Source: an uncultured Clostridia bacterium
Lineage (GTDB): Bacteria; Bacillota; Clostridia; Christensenellales; UBA1242
Direction: 5' to 3'
DNA length: 64,000 nt
Assembly: GCA_944362545.1 (NCBI GenBank)
Contig: CALVTJ010000003.1
Span: 54,006 to 118,005 of the forward strand
The notes below the pieces were generated by a model. It did no database searches and had not been told where the DNA came from. It saw only the letters and a list, made by a program, of their open reading frames with translations. The translations under genes were made by a program, and so were the position numbers. Positions 36,323-47,852 of this stretch are shown here, one piece after another. How positions within the stretch are numbered: position 1 is the stretch's first letter; the number at the start of each line of letters is the position of its first letter.

Positions 36323-37783
36323 ATGGAAGAAAATTTGTCAAACGAAATTGATATAAGAAGACAAAAGATCGAAGAACTTAAAAAAATGGGAGAAATTCCT
36401 TACAAAGAAAAGTTTGAACGCACTTGCACTATCAAGCAGGCGAGAGAAAAACTTGGACAACATGTCAAGATTGCCGGAAGAATCATCTTTCGCAGAATCA
36501 TGGGCAAGTTTGGATTTTGCCAAATTCGAGACATTTATGACCGAATACAAATCTCTGTTGGCAGAAATGAGTTAAGCGAAGAGGAATACAATTTCTATAA
36601 GAAAATGATTGACATTGGCGACTTCATTGGTGTGGAAGGCGAAGTTTATCAAACTCAAACGGGAGAAATCACAGTTAGAGCAGAAAAAATAACACTTCTT
36701 TCAAAGACACTCCGTCCGCTTCCGGAAAAATTTCACGGCATCACAGACACTGAAATCAAATATAGACAGCGTTATCTTGACCTTATAACAAACGAAGATT
36801 CAAGAAAGATTTTTTTGACACGAAGTAAAGTTGTGTCTTTCATCAGAAGGTATCTTGAAGACAATGGTTTTATTGAAGTGGAGACTCCAATTTTGCAGAC
36901 AAGTGTTTCGGGCGCAAGTGCGAAGCCATTTTTCACACACCATAATGCACTTGACATTGAGTGCAACCTGAGAATTGCCACTGAATGTTATTTGAAACAG
37001 TGCATTGGTGCGGGCATCGACAGAGTTTTTGAACTCGGAAAAGATTTTAGAAATGAAGGAATGGACCCATCTCATTTGCAGGAGTTTACACAAGTTGAGT
37101 GGTATGCTTCTTATTGGAATTTTGAGGACAACATCAAATTTTTCCACGACATGCTTGTAAAACTCATGAAACAGTGCCTTGGAACAACCAAAATCACCTA
37201 TCAAGGTCAGGAAATTGAATTTGATGGGGAATGGCCAAGAATTGACTATGTTGCAAAGATGAGGGAACTATTGGGATGTGACTTTTTGGACATTGATGAT
37301 GTTGACGCTCTCAAAAAAATCATTGTTGACAGGGGATTGTTTGGATATGGCGAACTTGCTGAGTGCAAGAGCGTGAGAACCTTGATTGACTATGTTTACA
37401 AAAGAAAAATACGTGCGGACATTGTCAATCCTACCATCCTTTACAACTATCCAGCATCACTTATTCCCCTTGCAAGAAGAAACGACAAGGATGGGCGAAT
37501 TATTGATGTTTTCCAGGTTGTTGCAGGCGGGGCGGAACTTGTGAAGGCTTACAGCGAACTTGTTGACCCAATCATTCAAAGAACAACTTTGGAGGAACAA
37601 CTCAAAGAAAAAATGGCAGGCGATGAAGAAACAATGGATGTTGATGAAGACTTCTTGCTTGCTATGGAACACGGGATGCCACCTATCTCTGGCTTAGGCT
37701 TTGGAATTGATAGATTTTTGCAATTTATCTTTGATTGCTCAAACATCAGAGATGTTGTGCTTTTCCCACTCATGAAAAAGTAA
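36323..37783 (+). CDS. lysS: Lysyl-tRNA synthetase (class II)
   Basis: PLPEKFHG, YRQRYLDL, EVETP.L, FRNEG, GMPP.SGLG.GIDR. Confidence 0.98.
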   Translation: MEENLSNEIDIRRQKIEELKKMGEIPYKEKFERTCTIKQAREKLGQHVKIAGRIIFRRIMGKFGFCQIRDIYDRIQISVGRNELSEEEYNFYKKMIDIGDFIGVEGEVYQTQTGEITVRAEKITLLSKTLRPLPEKFHGITDTEIKYRQRYLDLITNEDSRKIFLTRSKVVSFIRRYLEDNGFIEVETPILQTSVSGASAKPFFTHHNALDIECNLRIATECYLKQCIGAGIDRVFELGKDFRNEGMDPSHLQEFTQVEWYASYWNFEDNIKFFHDMLVKLMKQCLGTTKITYQGQEIEFDGEWPRIDYVAKMRELLGCDFLDIDDVDALKKIIVDRGLFGYGELAECKSVRTLIDYVYKRKIRADIVNPTILYNYPASLIPLARRNDKDGRIIDVFQVVAGGAELVKAYSELVDPIIQRTTLEEQLKEKMAGDEETMDVDEDFLLAMEHGMPPISGLGFGIDRFLQFIFDCSNIRDVVLFPLMKK

Positions 37784-37790
37784 AATGGAC

Positions 37791-37818
37791 AAAGAAGGGA
37801 GAGAAAACTTCCTTTTTT
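37791..37818 (+). terminator. Terminator after lysS
   Basis: AAAGAAGGGAG-agaaaa-CTTCCTTTTTT. Confidence 0.6.
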
Positions 37819-37921
37819 GTGACTATGAGACCGATTTTGTGTGAGATAAAAATAGTTGAGAAAATTGAAACAAACAAAAAACGGTGGAAAATTTTTGGAC
37901 AGGACAGACAAAGGAGAAAAA

Positions 37922-38611
37922 ATGAAACTTGACAGCAAAAGCGTTATGGAAGGATTGGATAAAATGTATCCAAACCCAAAATGTGAACTTGAATATGAAA
38001 CGCCATTTCAGTTGCTTGTGGCTGTCATTTTGTCGGCACAGTGCACTGACAAGCGTGTGAACATGGTGACAGATGAACTTTTCAAAACTTGCAAAACACC
38101 AGAAGATTTTGTCAAAATTTCGCAAGAAGAACTTGAGAACAAAATTCATTCATGCGGTTTTTATCATAACAAAGCCAAATCTATAAAGTCAGCAAGTGCG
38201 GACATCATTGAAAGGTTTGGTGGCAAGGTGCCGGAAAAGTTTGATGACCTTCTGACGCTTGCAGGTGTTGGCAGAAAGACGGCAAATGTCATGTTGTCGG
38301 AAGCGTTTTCCGGAGATGCTATTGCAGTTGACACTCATGTTTTGAAAGTTTCAAATCGATTGGGCATTGTCAAAACCGAAAGTCCCTATGAATGTGAGAT
38401 GAAATTACAAAAATTCTTTCCGAAAGATAAGTGGTCGAAACTGCACTACCAAATGGTCTTATTTGGTAGATACACTTGCAAAGCACAGAAGCCAGAATGC
38501 GAAAACTGCATTTTTTCTGCTCAATGCCCAAGTTCCAAAGTTGGAGTGCCAACAGCAGAGAAAGAGAAGAAGATGAAAGTTTGCTCAAAAATTGCAAAAA
38601 ATAGTAAATAG
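37922..38611 (+). CDS. nth: Endonuclease III
   Basis: LSAQCTDKRVN, L.GVGRKTANV, VDTHV, C-x6-C-x2-C-x5-C Fe-S motif. Confidence 0.96.
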   Translation: MKLDSKSVMEGLDKMYPNPKCELEYETPFQLLVAVILSAQCTDKRVNMVTDELFKTCKTPEDFVKISQEELENKIHSCGFYHNKAKSIKSASADIIERFGGKVPEKFDDLLTLAGVGRKTANVMLSEAFSGDAIAVDTHVLKVSNRLGIVKTESPYECEMKLQKFFPKDKWSKLHYQMVLFGRYTCKAQKPECENCIFSAQCPSSKVGVPTAEKEKKMKVCSKIAKNSK

Positions 38612-38639
38612 CAAAGCAAAGGTGAAAAAGGAGAATGAA

Positions 38640-39911
38640 ATGTTTCTTGACAGAGTCAAAATCACAATAAAAGCAGGAAATGGTGGAAAAGGTTCTACTT
38701 CTTTTTTGCGCACAAAATTGACAGCAAATGGCGGACCCGATGGCGGTGATGGTGGAAAGGGTGGCAACATCATTTTCGAAGCCACTGATGACCTTAACAC
38801 ACTTTACAACTTCAGTTTCAAAAAGAAGTTTGTTGCTGGTGATGGTGAAGATGGGCATCAAAAAAATCAAACAGGCAAAAATGGCAAGGATGAAATCATA
38901 TGCGTGCCATCTGGAACGGTGATTATTGATGCTCAGACAAACAAAATCATTGCGGATTTAAACGAAAATGGTTCGACATTTGTTGCACTCAAAGGCGGTG
39001 TTGGCGGACACGGAAACGCATATTATAAATCATCTGTCAAACAGGCCCCAAACTTTTCACAACTCGGCGAAGTGACACAGCAAAGAGAAGTGATTTTGGA
39101 ACTTAAAACCATTGCAGATGTCGGACTTGTGGGATTTCCAAATGTCGGCAAATCGACACTTTTGTCAGTTATCTCAAATGCCAATCCAAAGATTGCAAAC
39201 TATCCATTTACCACAATCTATCCAAACCTGGGAGTTTGTGAAGTTATGGGCGAAACTTTTGTTGTTGCGGACATTCCAGGATTGATTGAAGGGGCAAGCA
39301 ATGGCACAGGACTTGGACATTACTTTTTGAAGCACATCGAACGAGTGCGACTGATTGTGCATCTTGTTGACATCTCTGAAAGTGAAGGAAGAAATGCTAT
39401 AAATGATTACAGAGTGATAAACAGCGAACTTGCAAAGTATAACAGCAATCTTCTCACAACCAAACAACTTGTCGTCTTTTCAAAATGTGACCTGCTTGAC
39501 AAGGCAGAACTAGACAAACGCGTGCATGAATTTGTCAAAGCATTGAAAATCAAAGAGTGGTTTTGCATCTCATCTTATACCAGAGAAGGCGTTGACAATT
39601 TGAAGAAGAAAATCTTGGAGAATTTGAAAAAAATACCAAAAAAGCCGGCGCTTGATGTTGAAGAACATGATTTCGACAAAAAAGATTTTTCATCCATCAA
39701 TATTGAAAGACTTGATGATGGCAGTTTTGTAGTTTCAGGCGGGAGAATTGAAAATCTGGCACGCGGAGTGGTTATATCCGACCAGCGTTCATTTGCATAT
39801 TTTCAAAACAAACTCAAAGAAATGGGAGTCATCGACATGCTCAAAGAAAAAGGCATGAAACAAGGCGACACCGTGACAATAAAAGACATTTCATTTGAAT
39901 ATGTAGAATAA
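38640..39911 (+). CDS. obgE: GTPase ObgE
   Basis: GGPDGGDGG.GG, GFPNVGKST, YPFTT, DIPGLIEGA. Confidence 0.98.
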   Translation: MFLDRVKITIKAGNGGKGSTSFLRTKLTANGGPDGGDGGKGGNIIFEATDDLNTLYNFSFKKKFVAGDGEDGHQKNQTGKNGKDEIICVPSGTVIIDAQTNKIIADLNENGSTFVALKGGVGGHGNAYYKSSVKQAPNFSQLGEVTQQREVILELKTIADVGLVGFPNVGKSTLLSVISNANPKIANYPFTTIYPNLGVCEVMGETFVVADIPGLIEGASNGTGLGHYFLKHIERVRLIVHLVDISESEGRNAINDYRVINSELAKYNSNLLTTKQLVVFSKCDLLDKAELDKRVHEFVKALKIKEWFCISSYTREGVDNLKKKILENLKKIPKKPALDVEEHDFDKKDFSSINIERLDDGSFVVSGGRIENLARGVVISDQRSFAYFQNKLKEMGVIDMLKEKGMKQGDTVTIKDISFEYVE

Positions 39912-39939
39912 CAATATCATATTATAAATGTCATGATAG

Positions 39940-39996
39940 TGCATAATACCACAAGATGTGTTGTATTATGCGCGCATACTACACAAAATATAGGTT
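39940..39996. repeat. Intergenic palindrome family copy 3 (tandem NrdR-box-like cores 32 bp apart)
   Basis: TGCATAATAC-CACAAGATGTGTT-GTATTATGC then ACACAAAATATAGGTT. Confidence 0.7.
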
Positions 39997-40012
39997 TAAA
40001 AGGAAAATTTTT

Positions 40013-40309
40013 ATGATTACAACAAAACAAAGAGCCTTTTTGAGAGGACTTGGGAATGCACTTGAACCTGTCATGCAAATTGGCAAAGAGGGCATCACTG
40101 ACAATGTCTTAAACGGCGTTTATCTTCTGTTGGAAGCACGCGAGCTTGTCAAAGTGAAGGTATTGAAAAATTGCGATATGGATGCAAAGGAGATTGCAAA
40201 TCTTCTTGCACAAAAACTTGAGGCGGAAGTTGTGCAGGTGATTGGAAGCATTTTTATTCTTTATAAAAAATCGACAAAAAAGGATTTTAAACACATCCAA
40301 CTTCCATAA
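40013..40309 (+). CDS. yhbY: YhbY CRM-domain RNA-binding protein
   Basis: KQRAFLR, P..QIGK.G, ELVKVKVL, VQVIG. Confidence 0.95.
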   Translation: MITTKQRAFLRGLGNALEPVMQIGKEGITDNVLNGVYLLLEARELVKVKVLKNCDMDAKEIANLLAQKLEAEVVQVIGSIFILYKKSTKKDFKHIQLP

Positions 40310-40416
40310 TTATGGTGTTTTTAGGCAAATTTCCGCCAGTTTTTCACAAATTCCAAAACAAAAGCACATCTGAAAAACCTTGCGTATAAAACATCAAGTT
40401 TGATTTTTCCATTTGT

Positions 40417-41229
40417 TTAGAGAACTTCTTCATTTGTTTTTGGATTATAGTGCGAGTTGAACTGTGAAATAATGGCGAAAATGACCAAAAGTGATGCGAT
40501 GATGCAATAATATATGCTCATCCTGACAAACAGACTGCTTATCAGCAAAACCAGTGCGGACAAAAGATAACCTTTTGTTCGTTTTTTGTTGAAAGAGTAG
40601 GCGACAAAATCTTTGAAGGTCAGATGTTTTTCTGCTTGGTATTTGTGAGTTATTTTTGGGAAATAATCATAAAATTTGTATAGTTTTTGATAGGTTTCAT
40701 ACTCATCTAAAATCACAAATTTCTCTTCAAAGTTTTGGCAAAAAGATAAAAGTCCGCGCTCGACAATCTCCTTGCAACATATGACAATCTTTGTTGCCAT
40801 TTCCTTTTTAACTTTGCCATATATTTCCATAAATCTTGCACTGTTCAGCCCGACAAAAGACAAATCGATATAAAGGACAGTTTTGACCTTTTCTTGTGTG
40901 TGATTTATGACAAGATAGTTTTTGTGCTTTGTGATATCTGGATGCTTTTTTGAGGCAAGTTTAACAAAAAAGTCTATTGGGTTTCCCTCACATGCCAGCG
41001 ACAGAAACATGTTTTCGGCATCTTCCTTTTCTTTTAGTTTCAAACCAGTTTTGTTTTGCTTTTTTCGCTTTATCAAAAAGAGAATGGAATAAACCGCTCC
41101 GCCAGAAAGTAGCGACAGTAAAATTGCCAACCAGAAGTCGCGGACAAAATACCTTATCCAAACGTAAAACAACAGATACCAAAGAAGAAACTTTACCACT
41201 TCTTGAAAGAACAAATTTAACTTTCTCAT
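40417..41229 (-). CDS. Hypothetical membrane protein (2 TM, soluble domain, 2 TM)
   Basis: Long ORF with hydrophobic pairs at both ends; central region weakly restriction-endonuclease-like. Confidence 0.65.
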   Translation of the reverse strand: MRKLNLFFQEVVKFLLWYLLFYVWIRYFVRDFWLAILLSLLSGGAVYSILFLIKRKKQNKTGLKLKEKEDAENMFLSLACEGNPIDFFVKLASKKHPDITKHKNYLVINHTQEKVKTVLYIDLSFVGLNSARFMEIYGKVKKEMATKIVICCKEIVERGLLSFCQNFEEKFVILDEYETYQKLYKFYDYFPKITHKYQAEKHLTFKDFVAYSFNKKRTKGYLLSALVLLISSLFVRMSIYYCIIASLLVIFAIISQFNSHYNPKTNEEVL

Positions 41230-41282
41230 GCGTTGATTTTTTCCACTTTTGCATGATTTAATCATCAGCATTCAAAAATCGT

Positions 41283-41311
41283 TTGACAAACCTGTGTTTG
41301 TGCGTTAAAAT
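41283..41311 (+). promoter_or_regulatory. sigmaA promoter of rsfS (probably leaderless)
   Basis: TTGACA-17 bp-TAAAAT; ATG 7 nt downstream, no SD. Confidence 0.7.
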
Positions 41312-41318
41312 CATAAAT

Positions 41319-41630
41319 ATGATAAAAATTAAGGAACTTGTCACTCTTTTGCAGGACAACAAAATCAAAAACATTTCGGTTTACAATCTCTCCAGCCAAG
41401 AAGAAGAGAAGTTTGTCATTTTGTCCACTTCAAACAAAGTGACCGACAGCAAAAAGGTGGCTGACATCATCGCTGAAAAATATAATTACACCGGCAAAAT
41501 TGAAGGATATTTTAAAGGCGAGTGGATTGTGTTTGATTTTCCGCAGGTGACTCTTCACATCTTCTTGCAAAAGGTTAGGGAAAAATATAATCTTGACAAA
41601 CTTTACAAACCAAAAAAGATTGTTATCTAA
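41319..41630 (+). CDS. rsfS: Ribosomal silencing factor RsfS (divergent)
   Basis: EG....W...DF....HIF....RE.Y.L.KLY. Confidence 0.82.
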   Translation: MIKIKELVTLLQDNKIKNISVYNLSSQEEEKFVILSTSNKVTDSKKVADIIAEKYNYTGKIEGYFKGEWIVFDFPQVTLHIFLQKVREKYNLDKLYKPKKIVI

Positions 41631-41793
41631 ATCTAGGGCGCGATGTCTTGCCTGTGCAGGAGTGTTGAGAAAAAGTTTAAACTTGAAATTATTGAAAAAG
41701 CAAAAATGGAAAAATTTGGCGAAATTTTTGAAAACAAAGCGTTTTGCTTTGTTTTTTTTGTAAATTGGGTTATAATGCAATTAGGGTAGTTTT

Positions 41794-42222
41794 ATGATTG
41801 AAATTTGTTTCGTTTGCACAGGAAACACCTGTCGCTCAATCATGGCAGAGAGAATTGCCAAAAAACTTGCCAAAGAAAGAAAAATCAAAGATGTTAAATT
41901 TTCTTCCGCAGGCATTTATGCAAATGGCGAAAACATCTCAAAGGGTGCTATTTTCGCATTGAAAAAACTCGGCTATGATGGCAGAAAACGCAAGAGTGTC
42001 AAACTTTCAAAAATAAAACCAAACACCATCTATGTGACAGTGACAGATGCACACAAAAAGTTTGTAAATTCAAAAAAATGTCTATCGTTTGAAGATTTGG
42101 CTGGGCAAGTTGTCGACCCATTTGGACAGAGCGAACAGGTCTATTTGCAGACAGCAAAACAAATTGAGAAAAATGTCAATATGCTTCTTGACAAAATTGA
42201 AAATTTGAGAGGTGAAAAATGA
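41794..42222 (+). CDS. Low-molecular-weight protein phosphatase (YwlE-like)
   Basis: FVCTGNTCRS..AE, DPFG; precedes rpiB as in ywlE-ywlF. Confidence 0.88.
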   Translation: MIEICFVCTGNTCRSIMAERIAKKLAKERKIKDVKFSSAGIYANGENISKGAIFALKKLGYDGRKRKSVKLSKIKPNTIYVTVTDAHKKFVNSKKCLSFEDLAGQVVDPFGQSEQVYLQTAKQIEKNVNMLLDKIENLRGEK

Positions 42223-42718
42223 TAATTATGGCAAGCGACCACCGCGGTTATTTGTTAAAGGAAGAACTTAAAACCTTCTTCAATCAAGAAAACATCATCA
42301 CGATTGATGTTGGCACTTACAGCAAAGAACCGGTGGATTATCCTGACTTTGCCAAACTAGGTGTTGCAAAGGTGTTGGAGAACAAAAATAATGTCGGAAT
42401 TTTCATCTGTGGCTCGGGCATTGGAATGAGCATTGCTGCAAACCGTAATCCAAAAATCAGAGCGGCACTTTGTGTCAATCCACAAATGGCTTATCTTGCT
42501 CGAAAGGATGATGATGCAAATGTGTTGTGCTTGCCAGGAAACTTTTTGAAAAAGAAAAAAGCCATAAACATTGTCAAAATCTTTTTAACCACAGGCTTTG
42601 AAGGTGGGCGTCATGCTCGTAGGCTGAAAAAAATTTCTGGAGAATACAAAGAGTCCAAGAAAACAAAGTCAAAAGAAATTCAGATTGATGAAAACACAAA
42701 TGAAATCAAGGAGGACAA

Positions 42719-42722
<4 letters not shown>
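42219..42722 (+). CDS. rpiB: Ribose-5-phosphate isomerase B
   Basis: SDHRG..LK, VDYPD, CGSGIGMSIAAN, FEGGRH.RR. Confidence 0.95.
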
Positions 42723-44538
<1,816 letters not shown>

Positions 44539-44562
44539 AATCCAAACAAAAGGACATAACGG

Positions 44563-45504
44563 ATGAAAAGCAAACTGAACAGAGAGTTGATTGATGACCT
44601 CAATCAAAATAATGAAGAATTTTTGGATAATATCTCAAGCAAGGTGACAGCACTTGTGGACAACGCACTTGCTGACATATCTTTGAAATCGCCATTTGTT
44701 AGAACTGACAGATGTTTGCTTTTGCCGGTCAATGAAATTTGCACGGGTGCGGTAGCACAACTGACAGAATTTGACTATTTTGTCGCTGTTGACAATCCAC
44801 AAATCGAACTCAACTCAAAGAAAAAAGGTAATTTTTGGAAAAATGTTTGGCGAGAGTTTCGTGCTTCATTTAGACTTGGAAAGAAAAAGTATAAAAAAGA
44901 AAAGGTTGGAGCATCCACAGAACCTGTCACAAAATATAACATAGAGGACTTCAAACATGACTTGGTAAATTCGCTGGCAAACTATCTTTTGCCAACTTCA
45001 ATTGTCTATGAATATACCACACATCTTTCTATGGTAGGTATTGATGATTTTGGCACGAATGTCAGGATAAATCTCATTCCATGCTGTTTGAATGCAAAAC
45101 AACAAGAATTTAAACTTTACAATCCACGTAAAAACAAATATACTTCCATTAAATTTGGAGACAGATTTTCAAATCTCTCTATGAAAACAAGAGAGTGCGG
45201 AGATGTATTCATAGACATGATAAGGCTTTTCAATGTTATGTATTCCAAAAATTACAACAAAATTCCAAATCAAATTTTGGTGGAGAGTTTAGTCTTTAAT
45301 TGTCCAAACATTTTGTTTGATAAAAATGATGTTTACAAAACCTTTGTTAATGTGGCAAATTACATTCGATTGACAAGTGCATCTTCCATGCTTTCAATTT
45401 GTGATGGAAGCAAGACAATTTTTCAAGAACCGCTTGTTTTGCTGGAATATTCACAGGTTGAATATGGAAAAATCATCTCCATGCTCGACAAGTTTACATT
45501 TTAA
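44563..45504 (+). CDS. CD-NTase (CdnE)/cGAS-like nucleotidyltransferase-fold protein with degenerate active site
   Basis: TEFDYFV metal-binding strand, Y..EDFK.DL...L..Y, K....G..F.DMIRLF, IP....ESLVFNCPN..F; GS motif absent. Confidence 0.6.
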   Translation: MKSKLNRELIDDLNQNNEEFLDNISSKVTALVDNALADISLKSPFVRTDRCLLLPVNEICTGAVAQLTEFDYFVAVDNPQIELNSKKKGNFWKNVWREFRASFRLGKKKYKKEKVGASTEPVTKYNIEDFKHDLVNSLANYLLPTSIVYEYTTHLSMVGIDDFGTNVRINLIPCCLNAKQQEFKLYNPRKNKYTSIKFGDRFSNLSMKTRECGDVFIDMIRLFNVMYSKNYNKIPNQILVESLVFNCPNILFDKNDVYKTFVNVANYIRLTSASSMLSICDGSKTIFQEPLVLLEYSQVEYGKIISMLDKFTF

Positions 45505-45608
45505 TATTATAAAAATTAAAAACTTGAAAATCTTTCACATTTCTCTGTTTTTCCCGCTTCATGTATATTTTTCGACAATTTGCAAATGCTAAAAGTGGGG
45601 AGGATAAA

Positions 45609-45803
45609 ATGAAAGAAATTTGGATGATTGTTGGTTTTGGTGCTGGACTTGTGACGGGGGCGCTTTTGTATAAACATTCACAAGAGGCAAAGCAACTTGT
45701 TAACAAAGGTGAAAAAGCAGTTAAAAAAGAAGTGGAAAATCTAAAGGAAGTTGTCAAATCAAAAACTCCAAAACCACCAAAACAAGCAAAATCTCAAAAC
45801 TGA
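45609..45803 (+). CDS. Small membrane-anchored protein (YtxH-like)
   Basis: GGGGAGG SD; N-terminal G.GAGLV.GALL helix then basic coiled coil. Confidence 0.65.
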   Translation: MKEIWMIVGFGAGLVTGALLYKHSQEAKQLVNKGEKAVKKEVENLKEVVKSKTPKPPKQAKSQN

Positions 45804-45844
45804 CAAATATTGCATTGTCAAGACAATCAAGTGCATTTTATAAC

Positions 45845-45875
45845 AAAAAAGCAAGGCACATGACCTTGCTTTTTT
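45845..45875. terminator. Bidirectional terminator (small ORF / SRP RNA)
   Basis: AAAAAAGCAAGG-cacatga-CCTTGCTTTTTT. Confidence 0.85.
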
Positions 45876-45879
45876 CATG

Positions 45880-46145
45880 CCCAGACACTTGTTTTGTTGT
45901 GACTTGACTGACTGCCTCACGAATACTCGACTCCACCAAAGTTTCCTCATGGCACATCAACCGGTCTCCTTAATGATGCTTCCGTCAGGACCTGACATGA
46001 TTCGAAGGAGTTGATTGCACAAGACCTTGATTTCAACATCGAAAACTCATGCACATATTCAACCAACTCACACCGAGACAAGCGTTCGACCCTGCTGTAG
46101 CGGATTGCAGGTCACAGGGCACCGCTAACTCCCCATCTAGTCTGG
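45880..46145 (-). ncRNA. ffs: Large (Bacillus-type) SRP RNA
   Basis: Minus strand Alu domain CTAGATGGGGAG.TAGCGGTGCCCTGT.ACCTGCAATCCGCTA.AGCAGG; helix 8 CATGTCAGGTCC-TGAC-GGAAGCA; 5' CCAGAC pairs with 3' GTCTGG. Confidence 0.95.
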
Positions 46146-46152
46146 TTTTATC

Positions 46153-46181
46153 ATTATATTCATTTTTTCAAAACTTGTCAA
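46153..46181 (-). promoter_or_regulatory. Consensus sigmaA promoter of SRP RNA
   Basis: Minus strand TTGACA-17 bp-TATAAT. Confidence 0.9.
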
Positions 46182-46350
46182 GAAAAGCCAAAAAGTTTTT
46201 CGTTTGCAAGTCATTTTGATTGATGTTGCAACATTGTTTTTTATAATTTTCCCTTGCGCTTAGACAAATCGACAAAAAGAAAAATTCTTTGTCATTTTTC
46301 TTCTAAATTGCATGATTTTGAAGGCATAAAATGCTCTTGAGAGGTGGAGT

Positions 46351-47256
46351 ATGCTAGAGAAAATCTTGCCAGAGAAGTTTTACAAGATTTTGTATGAAAA
46401 GGTCAATCTCAAAGCAGTCAACGAAATTCGACTTCGTGCCGACAAGCCGGTGATTGTCAATGTAAGCGGAAGAATGTTTTTTCTGTCCGAAAATGGTGTG
46501 ACATCAAATTTGAGCGGATGCCTTTATGCCAGCAAAATCATGATTGAAGATGTCATTTTCAGGGCGAGTGAGTGCTCCATTTATTCGGTCAATGAACAAA
46601 TCAAAAAGGGCTTTATTGTCACAGATGATGCCATAAGAATTGGCATCGGTGGGAACCTTGTTGAAGAAAATGGACACATCAAAACTATGACAAATTTTTC
46701 AAGTTGCAACATCAGGATTCCGCATATCATAAAAAATTGCAGTTTGACAGCCTTTCGCTTTATTGTCGAAGACAAGGATGTCAAAAACACGCTTGTCATT
46801 TCTCCACCAGCGTGCGGAAAAACAACCTTTTTGCGCGACTTTGTCTTTCAACTCAGCGAGCGCAACATTCCTCTCAACATCTTGCTTTTGGATGAACGCG
46901 GAGAACTTGACTGTGGCATAAACTCAAAATTTTCCGACAAAATTGCCTTTTCAACAAAAAAGGTAGGATTTGAAAATGGTATACGCTCACTTTCGCCGGA
47001 TGTCATTGTGACAGACGAACTTGGACAAGAAGAGGATATTGAGGCGATAAGATATGCAAGTTCGTGCGGAGTTAAAGTTTTGGCATCAACACACGCTGAC
47101 AGCATGGAAACATTTTGCAAAAAACCGCTTTTCAGTCAGATTATCAAAGAAAAGATTTTCAAGCGCTATGTTCTTCTGTCAAAGCGCAATGGGCCGGGGA
47201 CTTTTGAAGGAATTTACGATGAAAACTTTGCACGTTTGTTTATGCCGACAAATTGA
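46351..47256 (+). CDS. spoIIIAA: Stage III sporulation ATPase AA
   Basis: EIRLRA.KP, S.NIRIP, SPPACGKTT.LRD, DERGE, RSLSPDVI..DELG. Confidence 0.93.
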   Translation: MLEKILPEKFYKILYEKVNLKAVNEIRLRADKPVIVNVSGRMFFLSENGVTSNLSGCLYASKIMIEDVIFRASECSIYSVNEQIKKGFIVTDDAIRIGIGGNLVEENGHIKTMTNFSSCNIRIPHIIKNCSLTAFRFIVEDKDVKNTLVISPPACGKTTFLRDFVFQLSERNIPLNILLLDERGELDCGINSKFSDKIAFSTKKVGFENGIRSLSPDVIVTDELGQEEDIEAIRYASSCGVKVLASTHADSMETFCKKPLFSQIIKEKIFKRYVLLSKRNGPGTFEGIYDENFARLFMPTN

Positions 47257-47304
47257 GTTTTTGCCAATCTTTGATTTGTTCAAATTTTTCAAAAGGAGTG
47301 TGTG

Positions 47305-47799
47305 ATGAAATATGTTTTGATTGTGGTGGTTTTTTGTGTTTGCGTGTTTGTCGGCTATGTCTATTCGGCAAAGTATGCCAAAAGAAAGAAATTTTTTGAC
47401 AGTCTTATCTTGTTTGCCGACAAACTTTCGCTTGATATCAATTTTTCAAGAGAGCGACTGAAAATTCTTCTTTTAAATTTTGATAGCAAAAACAGAAAAA
47501 ATCTTTTGGGTATTGATGAAAAATTTTTGGATTACCTAGACAGAAAAAGCGAACTTTCAAAGGAGGAAGTTTTCAAAAATGCCACAATCTTAAAAGATGA
47601 TGAAAAGGATACCGTTTTGCTTTTTTTGAAAACACTTGGCAGAAGTGATGTTGAAAATCAAACTAAAGAGATTCAAAATTTTGTCAGTCGCTTTGGAGAA
47701 ATCAAAGAAAAGTGTGATGTTGAGCAGAAAAAGTATGGTTCACTTGCCTTGAAACTTGGAGTTGTTGCTGGGCTGTTTGGTGCAGTCATTTTGATTTGA
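47305..47799 (+). CDS. spoIIIAB: Stage III sporulation protein AB
   Basis: N- and C-terminal TM, LG.SD.E.Q, KYG.L..KLG; operon position. Confidence 0.88.
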   Translation: MKYVLIVVVFCVCVFVGYVYSAKYAKRKKFFDSLILFADKLSLDINFSRERLKILLLNFDSKNRKNLLGIDEKFLDYLDRKSELSKEEVFKNATILKDDEKDTVLLFLKTLGRSDVENQTKEIQNFVSRFGEIKEKCDVEQKKYGSLALKLGVVAGLFGAVILI

Positions 47800-47852
47800 A
47801 TTGTTTTTATCAAATCAATCAATTTGTTTGTCAAAGACTAAAAGGAGAAATT

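Noticed and set aside
44563-45803. NTase-like gene plus small TM gene as a functional CBASS system
   Set aside because: The NTase lacks the GS motif and third carboxylate; the 64-aa neighbour has one TM and no SAVED, STING, TIR or patatin domain
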